DNA of 63,982 nucleotides, the filler included, from Phoronis australis (taxonomy: Eukaryota > Animalia > Phoronida), in NCBI GenBank assembly GCA_002633005.1. It is 6 parts of 6 records of this genome, joined end to end, with 100 filler letters (N's around TTAATTAATTAA, not from the genome) between each part and the next. Parts side by side here need not be neighbours in the genome. Positions count along the whole stretch, not along the records: positions 32,950 to 53,673 come from NMRA01001423.1; positions 53,774 to 61,848 come from NMRA01001939.1; positions 61,949 to 63,982 come from NMRA01003884.1; 3 more parts are not named here. The stretch is one strand, 5' to 3'. A model generated the notes under the pieces. It worked only from the letters and a program-made list of their open reading frames with translations, made no database searches and had not been told where the DNA came from. This document shows positions 53,460-63,982 of this stretch, one piece after another. Both the position numbers and the translations under genes were made by a program. The number at the start of each line of letters is the position of its first letter. Position 1 is the first letter of the stretch.

Positions 53460-53673
53460 ACCTTTAAAGATACTCCCCTTGGCGACTTTCCAGGTATAGA
53501 GGATGAAGATTTGCCAGATGTAGATTTCGATTTGGGGGACATTAAGAAGTCGGAAGTTGGTTTCACTGTCAAGAAAGCCCGATCGGGGTCAGCCCCTGGT
53601 CCGAGCGGAGTTTCCTGCAAGATCTATAAGCATTGTCCCAAGTTGCGTGATAGGCTCTGGAAGCTGTTTAAGG
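53460..53673 (+). mobile_element. R2-group (Hero/NeSL-like) non-LTR retrotransposon fragment, pre-RT region
   Basis: EVGFTVKKARSGSAPGPSGVSCKIYKHCPKLRDRLWKLF, an (S)APGP.G RT domain 0 motif in Hero-like context. Confidence 0.7.
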
Positions 53674-53773
53674 NNNNNNNNNNNNNNNNNNNNNNNNNNN
53701 NNNNNNNNNNNNNNNNNTTAATTAATTAANNNNNNNNNNNNNNNNNNNNNNNNNNNNNNNNNNNNNNNNNNNN
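53674..53773. other. Artificial scaffold linker
   Basis: N44-TTAATTAATTAA-N44. Confidence 0.95.
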
Positions 53774-54916
53774 CGGTTTCTCCCATGCAAAGTTGCTTTT
53801 CTTAAGTTTGAATTCGACCTCCGAAACTGTGCTGTGGGGCTTTAAAGATGGCTATGAACCTCCATCTACATGCCCACTTTACATGTTCTATCTCATTTTA
53901 GTTGTTTGACAACGAAACTCCAAATGCCCAAATATCAAAATCCAAAACAATGCAGGCTATTGGTTATCTCATGAAACGTAAACAATTCCCGTTTTGTTGC
54001 TGTGTTTACTTCTTTGACAACATTGCTGACCTTGTGCACGCGCGGCATCATTCAATAGAAGGGGCACTCAGCCTCATCTCCAAGCCTCAAGATGGTGCTG
54101 ATCAGTAAGCCATTTGAGGCTTGGTAATGGGAAATGAAATGTGTCAGAATTTTCACAGACATTGTCAGAATGTCACAAGTAGTTTGGAAATTTTCTGCAG
54201 TTTTATATAAAAATAAAACTAATGGTATATTGTAGCAATTTAGATCTAAATTATTGCAAAAATTATGTATTTTGTTTCAAAAACACATTAATACTATTCA
54301 TAAATAAGAATTGAAAAATAAGTACAACCTTTACTTCAGACAATAACTAAAACAGTGCCTTCTGTCGCATGAATGGCTGCAATGTGAAAATAATTACCAT
54401 CTGTCTTTGTTCAATGACGTCAAGGCATCGGTCAATCATTGTGCAGAAAGTAATTCCTATAACCAAGCCTCAAATGGCTAAACCCATAAGCGCCATCTTG
54501 AGGCTTGGGGACAAAGTTGAAAAGGTCACATCAGTGTCAATTGTTTGTAAACACAGAGCAAAACCATCAATTGATGCTCATAAGACTTTTTGTAAGATTG
54601 TGAAGTATTTTTTAGGAATTTAAAAATGGTAAAAAATAGACAATAGACATTTTGGGAAGAAATGGAATGAATAAAAAGTCGTTTCTGAAAATATTTATTA
54701 CAAGAATCTGAAGTCCTACAACCAGCTGTAATACTAGTGTTAAGAAAGAGTGAAACATTTATATCTTGCAGATTATACATTGCAAATAAGTTTCTTGTTG
54801 GAATGATATGCAGTGTCTTTAGGTAATTCTTATAATGAATAACTTATCTGGAAAATGTATAGTGGAGTCTTTTAGTTTGTACTCAAAGATACTAAGCAGT
54901 TTTTGTTTTATTTCAG

Positions 54917-55464
54917 GGATCGTGGTCAAGGAGCACAGTAATGCTAATGCAAACTTTATAGTAAAAGAGGCACCATGTTCCGAAACGCTGGAGACAGGGA
55001 GGGAGGGTGAAGACGGTGTGAAGCTGCCAGTCCACTAATAAGCCGAGACAGTTTTGTTAAAAATAATTAAGTTTCTTAGTTGTTATTTGTATAATTCATA
55101 ATTTTTTGTAAGTATTTTACCTGAGCAGTTTCATTGTAATAAAAGTATTAAAGAACAAGAGTCTTTTCTTCTTGTAAGTCACAGCTAGTGTACTGGCTTA
55201 ATATGAGCCCATCAATGGCCCTGTACTGGGCCAACACAGTCTGTCAATACTGGCCCTTTACAGGTCCGAAACCGGTTATTGGTGTACTGGCCCAGTAATG
55301 GCGTGGTACTGGTCCTTTACTGGCTCGATACCGCAATCTTGTATCGGGGCCAATACGGGGAAGGTGTGCAGAATGTTATTGGGCCAGTACTGGCCTACAT
55401 CATTGGGCCAATACATAAGACATTTCAGGGCCAGTATTGGCCCAGTACCTGCATGTTTACTGGG
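54917..55464 (+). mobile_element. Right end of a CMC/EnSpm-type transposon with a DUF4806-like accessory-gene last exon
   Basis: After a tttcag acceptor: ...MFRNAGDREGG*RR; AATAAA at ~55138; many TACTGGCC/GGCCAGTA subterminal repeats; terminus GTTTACTGGG (CCCAGTAAAC on the minus strand). Confidence 0.65.
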
Positions 55465-55664
55465 GACGTAGCATTCCCATCACTATTATAGTTCAGTGAT
55501 CGCGGTAGACTTGCTAACCCTGAGTACAGCCACCGGCTGAGTCGCTCAGACTCAGGGCGAATTGTAGTTTGTATTGTAGGTGATGAGTAAAAGAGGAAAT
55601 GACTGTAAGAAACAAACTCACGACCTCATTATTGCAAGTAAACACCTTTGTCCTCAAAGCTTAC

Positions 55665-56097
55665 CTTGTTCACCGCCAAAACCAACTGCAACGCAACGTC
55701 AATCCACGTGCGGACCGGAAATGACATTTTCTGGCGTAATAACCTCATAAGATCAGTCCCATTACCAATAAAATCCATGACTATACCGTCCCTGAGAATT
55801 CCATAAATTTTGGGAACTACTCCAGTACACTGGAGCATCTCCAAGCAGCGGTATTCACTGAACAGTCGATGTCTGTAGTTCGAATTAGAGCTTTTGATGC
55901 AGACTTTCCTTCTCCTGCCGTCAAGTGCCTCAAGCAAGCCAAGATACACCTTTCCTGTTTTTCCTTTGCCGACTAGAATGTTTTCGCCATTTCTCTGGAG
56001 AAAACTGAAATAAGATAGTCCGTTAGCCAGAGTGGAAGATGTAAACGATCCCGCATTCACCTCCAGTTGAGAGGAGCTGACCGAGCCGGGTGGGGAA
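55665..56097 (-). CDS. Divergent protein kinase exon (subdomains I-VIa)
   Basis: LVGKGKTGKVYLG (G-loop), VCIK, FSEYRCL (alphaC Glu), VPKIYG, IVMDFIG, IDVALQLVLAVNK|gtaagc; aatttcag acceptor at 56098-56105. Confidence 0.75.
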
Positions 56098-56755
56098 CTG
56101 AAATTGACGACGGACTACGCGGGGGTGAGGGGGTTGAAGAATCCCGTCCTACGGCCAACATGTGCACTATTGAGATAGATGATGGGGGAGTGAATTCTAA
56201 TAGGTGTCAAAGTAATCAATTTCGTCGGTGCCACAGAGAAAGAAGCATACAAAAAGGGGGAGGGGCGAGGTGACGGCCCCAGGCTTCCGTACAGGGGGAT
56301 CCAATCACTAAGAATAAACCTTTGAAATTGGGAATGATATGAAGTTAAGTAGAGAAAGAAGTTTCTATTTCATGTTTCATCTTTTTACTTTTCCTAGTAC
56401 TAGGTCCATGCACAGCATTTGAGTAGAGAGAGAGGGGCATCCAATCCAAAATCGCCTCGGGCATCACCACACCTCTGCAAGCATACATTCAACCCAGGGA
56501 TGTGTTGCGTATTTGCTGTATAAGTTTGGCTATTGCATGACGTCAAGAGCATGCAATCTGCTCTGGCATGTTAATGAAGGAAATTAGCATTATCTTGAAG
56601 ATGGACTATGATAACATTATAAACTGGCAAGCAGACCTTCTACGTCATCACTGAGCATAGGCTGAGACAGTCTCGTGGCGCTAAAGTTGAGCAAACCACT
56701 CATCAAAAAAGGTTCATTATTGTTTCACCAAAGTTTTGCGATAGGAACACATTAC

Positions 56756-58092
56756 CGAAACTTAGACCCATCAATCAAGAAGTCGGCACTTTGATATTCG
56801 CTCGTCATACTGGTCGCGGAATAGTCAATTGGAATGTTGGAGTTGTAGCACCCTACCGTTGTTGACGTTAGCAGAGTAGCTGGGGACACCCTTTCTGACT
56901 TTGCATGATCAGATTTCCGAAAGTGCGGGGGAAGGTGTCGCCGATAAGTCAGTTCATCAGATTTCGCCGGGTCACTGTTTTCTCGAGGTTTTTCACAGAC
57001 GATTTCTGCAACATTGTACGACATTATAGTGGAGAGGCTGGACCGAGTCGAAGCACTCGGATGAAGAAAGGACCCTTTTCGTGAGGTACAACTCTCTTGT
57101 TCCTTTGTGGTAACTTGAGACGTGTGTTCTGTCTTCTGTGATAGACTGCGAGTGACCATCCGAGAGACGACTTGTCGAATAATTGAACGGGCTTTAGTTT
57201 TAAAGCTCTGGTTCGATTCACCCGCAGAGCGCACAACGATCTTAAATTGCGGGATGCTTGTCATCGTCACTGAGCCACTTCCAAACCTACCTGGAATGCG
57301 TCGAATGTACTCTGATAGCCTCCAGGATGTTCTTCTTGAAGAACCTGGCGATTTAGTTTTCGAACATTCCGAAGCTTTGTTCATTACTTTAAAATCTCTT
57401 GACTGCCTTTTCCTCGATTCAGGACCTAAAAATGACGAGAACCGTAGTTTTGTCACTTCTTTTCTCTTTTTCTTACTTATCTGTTCCGTTTGGTCGCTCA
57501 GTCGTTTTCCAGTAGAAGAACGCGTGTTTCTTGTGATCCGTTCTGAATAACATTTGGAGACGCGGAATTTGGCTTGTCGCACCGCCCTTAGGATTCTGGA
57601 TGCCTCCTTCGAAGATAATGTGGTCGCCTGTCCAGAATCGTGTTTGTTTTGGTAACGGGCAAGTCCTCTTCTTGCAGCGCAAGCGTGTGGACATAGGCAT
57701 TCAAGCTCATGTATACTTGGGCTCTCAATTTCAAACGATTCAAGAAAAATGAGACGCTTTGTTTCACTCGTAAACTTCAACCATACTCTGTTCCTAGCGT
57801 CTGTACTTCTAGTGTATGAGTCTCGAATATGGTTTGTCCGACCACCGTCGAAAACGACGCAGCAATGTGCGCATGGAAGGATACATTGGTCGTCATTGAT
57901 CCGGCCAAGAGACTTGGATCTCTGCAATTCCCCAACTGTCGTTTTCAATAGACAGAAGCAAGATCTGCGCACAACAGGAAGGCTCATGTACCCTTCAGCA
58001 AGGTGATTCTCACCGATGTGCGGAAGACATTCCCGACTTGTCAATCCCGTTTTCGCACGAGCGCATCTTACAGGGATCACAGTTGAGGAAAC
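56756..58092 (-). CDS. Large uninterrupted exon (~445 codons), Cys-containing then Ser/Arg/Lys-rich; probable N-terminal part of the kinase gene
   Basis: 1.3-kb stop-free frame bounded by a ttttcag acceptor and a CG|gtaatg donor; its phase-2 end matches the kinase exon; no domain recognised. Confidence 0.55.
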
Positions 58093-58202
58093 CTGAAAAT
58101 TATATCAACACCGTCGCGTTCAGGCGTTCATGAGGTGGGCGTGACCACCCTGAATACAGTGACCATCGTATCGTACGGTAATAGAGTCTGAGATATCAAG
58201 TG

Positions 58203-58449
58203 CGGAATCAAAAGTTGGTCGGATTTCAAAAACAGTTGGCTGGACTGCAAAACCAATTGGCCGGAGACCAAACGTGTTTTCCGGTCTTCAAAACGCGATG
58301 GCCTCACCCAAAAAGTTAGTTGGCTGGACCAAAAACACCGACCCAACCCGTTCAGGTCCGACCACCCGACCAAGTTAGAGCACCGGCCATTGCCGGTGTT
58401 TTACAGTCCAGTCAGCTGGTTTTGAAGGCCAGCCAGATGTTGATTCCCC
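58203..58449. mobile_element. Small foldback/MITE
   Basis: TTCAAAAACAGTTGGCTGGACTGCAAAAC is mirrored by GTTTTACAGTCCAGTCAGCTGGTTTTGAA. Confidence 0.55.
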
Positions 58450-59441
58450 AATGGATATAGTCGTAAAAATGTTTGTTTTATATGATGCTGAGAGCGTGTA
58501 GAAGAGCAATGTCCAATATGGTTCAAAGAGGAAGCGGAATTTTCAGCCATAAACGGTGCCTACCATTATCAAGGCGATAAGTAGACATAATCGCCAACTT
58601 TACATATTTAACCGAACATCTAGAAATATGGAAGGTGTAACATATATGAAATAGTCTTGTAATACCAATCTGAGATTAACAGGATCACGTAACCAATTCT
58701 TTTGAATAAAAGTAAATAAAAAAAGAAAACGTCGTAATCTTAAGGAAACAATGGAAGTGATAGATATCCAAAAGTAAATCTAAAAACAATGCAGTTTTCT
58801 AATTGCTTCATTTCCATTCATGCATGGTTTGGTTTTTCTTCGTGAAATGCCATAACTCCTTGTTTTATTTAACACTAGTGACATAAGGAGGGTCAATTCT
58901 TTTCAGCATGTCCTAATATCGCATGGGAAGATTAAGGGGGGGGGGCAGGGGGCCCGCCCCCCCNNNNNNNNNNNNNNNNNNNNNNNNNNNNNNNNNNNNN
59001 NNNNNNNNNNNNNNNNNNNNNNNNNNNNNNNNNNNNNNNNNNNNNNNNNNNNNNNNNNNNNNNNNNNNNNNNNNNNNNNNNNNNNNNNNNNNNNNNNNNN
59101 NNNNNNNNNNNNNNNNNNNNNNNNNNNNNNNNNNNNNNNNNNNNNNNNNNNNNNNNNNNNNNNNNNNNNNNNNNNNNNNNNNNNNNNNNNNNNNNNNNNN
59201 NNNNNNNNNNNNNNNNNNNNNNNNNNNNNNNNNNNNNNNNNNNNNNNNNNNNNNNNNNNNNNNNNNNNNNNNNNNNNNNNNNNNNNNNNNNNNNNNNNNN
59301 NNNNNNNNNNNNNNNNNNNNNNNNNNNNNNNNNNNNNNNNNNNNNNNNNNNNNNNNNNNNNNNNNNNNNNNNNNNNNNNNNNNNNNNNNNNNNNNNNNNN
59401 NNNNNNNNNNNNNNNNNNNNNNNNNNNNNNNNNNNNNNNNN

Positions 59442-59757
59442 GGGGTGGGGGTGGGGGGCTCAGACCCAATTTCAAGTGTCAAATTCGGAACACCGCGCAT
59501 TCGTAACGGAACTATGACTAAGTATAGGCTCTCCCGCGATATCCCAGGCGACCAGCAGTAGCGCTGCGCACTACGACTCCGTCTACTCCACTGTGCAATG
59601 AAGAAAATTTACTTTATTTTTAAAGAAAATGGAGCCTGAGTGACGATGAAAAAACAGAAGCTGCTGGTAAGATGTGAATTTTAATCGAAGCCTTAGTGAA
59701 TCACTCAGAAACTCATAATTCTCTCTTTGTCAAACCTTAACTAAGACAATTTCCAAC
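59442..59757 (-). mobile_element. Partial copy of the 19653-21511 element family
   Basis: Reverse complement of ~21030-21338, e.g. TCACTCAGAAACTCATAATTCTCTCTTTGTCAAACC. Confidence 0.85.
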
Positions 59758-61848
59758 GCCATTATTTGTGTACTATTCGTACGTATTATTTGGTTACTGT
59801 TTTTCCGGTCGCTGTTGTACAAAGTACAGACGTTCATGTAAGCCAAGTCGTCTCTTATTATTACTGGCGTGGTGGCAGTAGCAATCGAACCATGGCCAGA
59901 GCACCGAAGCAGTGGTGCTTGACTAAAAGTGAAACTATCACCAGTTTTAATAACTGGAAGAACAAAATAACTTACGTGTTATCACTCGACCCGAATTTTG
60001 CGGACTTTATGCAAGCCGATTATTCGTGGCAAAAAGCCAGAGTCCCCTTGAGAGGTTTAGTTGACGATACAGACGCTGTACCTGAATCCCGGCAACGCAC
60101 ATCCGGTCAGAAACTAACCCACTTAAACCTCATGCTAGGCCAATTGGCCAACTATTGTCCTGTAATTGCCCGTAGTGCTATTGTCAAACAGTCCACCTCA
60201 CTTACCGGTATATGGCAAACTATCAGAAGTCATTACAGCTTTCAGACATCTGGAGGACATTTCATTCGTTTTTCTGATATTCGCCTCCAACCCGACGAAC
60301 GCCCGGAAGACCTATATCAGCGACTCATGTCATTTATCGAAAACAATTTGCTCGGCCCGATCACTCGGTACACCTATCGTTCCCTACACACAGTATGCCT
60401 TCCAAGCTGATGGTGTCTCCCCACTCGATGTTGTCGGCGAAACCAAGATCACTTTCAAGCTTGACAGACACAAATTGGTTTTCGAGGACCTGGTCATTAA
60501 GACACTTGATGTAGACGTCCTTGCTGCTACCCCATTTATGGTGAGAAACATCATCTCAGTTCACCCAGCTAAGAAAGAGGTTGGTGTAGGAGAAGTTGAT
60601 GTCTATCACTATCATCACTGTAAGTCTTTGTCAAGACAGCCACTTGTCCGTAGAACGCACGTTCTGCGTTCACCTCCTTTAGCCACTGTGGTATGGCCAG
60701 ACGACAGCCTCGACATTGACGTCCCTGCTGATTTACGTGGACAAAGCCAGGAGATAGCAATTGAGCCTCGAACAGATTCCCCAAGTGCCCGATGTTGCCA
60801 CCCTAACGACTTGTGGCCCAAACCACAGATCATTACTGTTGACCAAGACAAGTTATACCCACTAAATGACACAAATGAACCCCGGTTCTTACGCAAGGAC
60901 GAACACTTTTGTCAGGTTCACCACGTCTTCACACCTATACCTACAATTTCAACGGTAGCACCCTCCCAAACCTATTCACCATCCGCGCAGCATGTCCAGC
61001 ATTTTCGCTTTGCTTCAGTCAATCCCGATGGAATTTTACCGGATGTCACGCGGAAGGCTTTCGAACGCCTCCACGAGTCCTTCGCTACTATCTTCACCCC
61101 CAGTTTTACTGGTTACTATGGATCCGCCGGTCCATTTGAAGCTTCTGTTGACATGAGTACCACACAGCCGCCCCAACGCAAAGGTCATCTACCTATGTAC
61201 TCACCGACTAAGCTCCATGACCAACAGAAGTTTCACGAACTTGAGGCTCTCGGTGTCTTCTTTTGTCCCGAAGATGTGAAAGTTCAAGTTGAGTATCTCA
61301 ATCCATCCTTCCTGGTCAAAAAGCCTAGGGATGGATTTCGACTCGTGACAGCCTTTGCGGACGTTGGAAGATATGCCAAACCCCAACCGTCACTCATGCC
61401 CGATGTAGATTCAGTCCTACGCAAAATTACCCAGTGGCGATTTATAGTCAAGACGGACCTCACAAGTGCTTTTTATTAAATTCCCTGTCTCGTGAGTCCA
61501 TGAAGCACTGCGGCGTGGTAACCCCCTTCCATGGCACATCGTGTCTATGCTAGATGTGCTATGGGGATACCGGGTTCAGAAACAGCATTAGAAGAGCTTA
61601 CCTGCCGTGTTCTTGGTAACCTTCTCGCCGAACAAGGTATCGTAACCAAGCTAGAAGACGACTTGTACTGTGGTGGCCAGACCCCTTCTGAGCTACTTAC
61701 CAATTGGGAACTGGTACTTTCTGCCCTTGCTAAGTCTGGTCTACATTTGTCACCTACCAAAACGGTCATTTCCCCCAGACGCACAACTATCCTGGGTTGG
61801 ATATGGGAAGGTGGCACTGTTCAGGCTAGCAGTCATCGTATCTCTGCA
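59758..61848 (+). mobile_element. Decayed Ty3/Gypsy LTR retrotransposon (LTR end, PBS-like TGGTGGCAG, gag from 59892, protease remnant, RT)
   Basis: Gag [19 protein letters not shown]...LSLDPNFA; pol [61 protein letters not shown]; stop at 61477-61479 and frameshifts. Confidence 0.9.
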
Positions 61849-61948
61849 NNNNNNNNNNNNNNNNNNNNNNNNNNNNNNNNNNNNNNNNNNNNTTAATTAA
61901 TTAANNNNNNNNNNNNNNNNNNNNNNNNNNNNNNNNNNNNNNNNNNNN
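61849..61948. other. Artificial scaffold linker
   Basis: N44-TTAATTAATTAA-N44. Confidence 0.95.
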
Positions 61949-62277
61949 AGTTCTGGTTTTGGAATTGTGGAAATTTGAAGGGGCTCAGGGCACGGACAAA
62001 TAACATTTGTTGGATGTGTAACACTTATAACATACGTCTCTGTTAATTACTGCTGCTATAACCTACCGGTAACGTACGTTAATACAAAACGTTTGCTGAC
62101 TTCACTGCCGGAAGTTATACAACAAATTCTGAACCCCATGCTTTTGGTGGAGTCAACTGAATACACCATGCACAAAATGCTTCAAGCTTCTCCAGGGACA
62201 AGCACAGTCTCAGTTTTTTGTCGCGTTTGAGTATTAGCAAGAAAGACTTCTCATCTTCGACGTTGGATGGCATAATT

Positions 62278-62620
62278 CATTTATTTATCTATTATTTATT
62301 TATTATTGTAATATTTACAATGCGGGTAGCCCCATCAGTTTACACTGCTTTCCATGGGGGCCCTCAGTACTAAACATACAAAGCCAGTAAGACAAACAAA
62401 CAGAATTACTAAATGAAAGGCAAGACTTAAATAATCGGTGATGAATAAGAAACTAACATGGAAAGGCTGATTAAACAACCTAAATAATAAAAACAATAAA
62501 TAGAAGATACTATTGAAAAGTATGAGACAACATGATTAAATAAAAATATTTATTTCGCACAAATTAATAGCCCGCCAGGCAAACTTGTCACTTCAATTTT
62601 AAATAAAGGCTAATTACTTA
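62278..62620 (-). mobile_element. 3' tail of an L2/CR1-group LINE
   Basis: Minus strand reads GGGCCCCCATGGAAAGCAG...TGGGGCTACCC followed by an (AAAT)n tail. Confidence 0.45.
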
Positions 62621-63395
62621 ACTGTAAGTAATGAAAATTTTACTAAAAGTTCTTTTATTGCCATGCTAAAAGTAGATTAAAATTCAGTTTCTTGATCTTT
62701 AATTTTGTAGAGAAATTTGACAAAATATAATTTCACTTGTCGGTCATATTGTGAGCTATCTGAATGCGTTACACTAGTACGCAACGTTATTTTTACTATC
62801 GGATTAGGGAATGCAATTCCAATTTCTGTCTGCGTGAGGTGGACGCAAAGCCATCAATCTGGACAACTCGGCCCTACGTAGGCCTAATATACGTATACTG
62901 TAAAGGCGGCTCAGTCCGCCGGGCTCCTGCGGACAAACGGACTGTCGCCGACTCAATACCATATGCATGGATTGATGACATAAATTTATTATCAAGCACT
63001 GTTTTTGCCACTAACATGCAATTTTAAAAGAAATCTGCATTTCATGGCTCAATGCAGTTGAATCGCCTATTTACTGCGCCTGCTCAAAACCGTGGACTCC
63101 CTGAGCGACCATTAGTGACCGACTCCACGAGTGTTCTCGTGCGTACCGTCAGTTGCTTGTCGCAGCCAGTCAAAACGAGGCCACGGACCCCGTATGCGCT
63201 GACTTTTATCCGTATTTCAGTCAAATTATTCCTTACGGTGACTCGGATTTTTTAAAGCAAATATTTATTTAATTGATGCCCAGTGCTGTATTTCAGTAAC
63301 AATACCGTGGCACGATCGATAGGGCCACGGCGACAATAACATGTAGGAGATTTGAAAATACCATAACTAAAGCAAGATGCTTGTGGATCACACCC

Positions 63396-63982
63396 CAGTG
63401 GCGGATCTAGGATATCACAAGGGGGGGGGCCCAACATTTTTATCCGGCAGTAAACATTTGCGCAAACTGAAACACAAGGGGGGCCCAACATTTTGTCCGG
63501 CTGTAAACATTTGCGCAAACTGAACCACGATTGTAGATGCGCATAGCATCGAATGGGGGGAGGTCGGGAGGGGGGTTTGTCCCCGCCCAGGACATTTTTC
63601 TGTTTTTACATCTAAAAATCAAGTATTTTCCTTGATTCCTGAAGTATTATCCAAGAAAAAAAAGGCAAAAAAAAATACGGAGAACGTGTCAAACAGGAAA
63701 AAATGCAAGTACCAAAGACTCGAACACACAACCTTGCGCATAGAGCGCGCGTGCGTTACCAATACAACACCACGATTTCTCTACTAATCTCACACTAAGA
63801 GACCTACTTGTTTTTGGTCCACAGCGTTTGCGCGCGAAACCTACTTCTTTTTGTAATGCTTATTACACGTTTTGTGCCATCGATTCTTAATAAATTTGTC
63901 GTATTCAAAATAGTCTTCAAATGCCCAAAAGACCAAATCCGTTTTTCGTGTTGGCAATAATGACGGGATTGCTTTGGAAATC
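63396..63982 (+). mobile_element. Uninterrupted copy of the 19653 hAT-like element (runs off the window end)
   Basis: CAGTGGCGGATCTAGGATATCACAAGGGG start; colinear with 19653-19884 joined to 20768-21040. Confidence 0.85.

Noticed and set aside
3539-58092. Caspase + primase + kinase as a co-located defence or replication system
   Set aside because: The genes lie on different scaffolds joined artificially, and each is a spliced eukaryotic gene.

Overview
AT-rich, intron-containing, transposon-dense metazoan (probably marine invertebrate) draft DNA. It is not one continuous locus: five identical 100-bp artificial linkers (N44-TTAATTAATTAA-N44) split it into six separately assembled pieces (1-13913, 14014-23989, 24090-32849, 32950-53673, 53774-61848, 61949-63982). 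Host genes seen: the last three coding exons of a caspase-3/7-like protease (SHG...QACRG); the first two coding exons of PRIM2, whose first intron holds 159 perfect copies of a 27-bp unit; a meteorin/METRNL-like gene that stops after the N-terminal domain; and a divergent protein kinase exon, probably spliced to a 1.3-kb orphan exon. The rest is mostly mobile DNA: CR1/L2-type and Hero-like LINE fragments, a tRNA-SINE, a Helentron-associated DINE/HINE element, two Academ copies, and P-like THAP, Kolobok-like, CMC/EnSpm-like and hAT relics or MITEs, plus a solo LTR and a decayed Gypsy. I cannot demonstrate a new biological system. The best leads are the NTR-less meteorin-like protein, the PRIM2 intronic array (possibly inflated by assembly), the orphan-exon kinase and the short-L4-loop caspase. 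All family assignments come from motif recognition by eye, not database searches.
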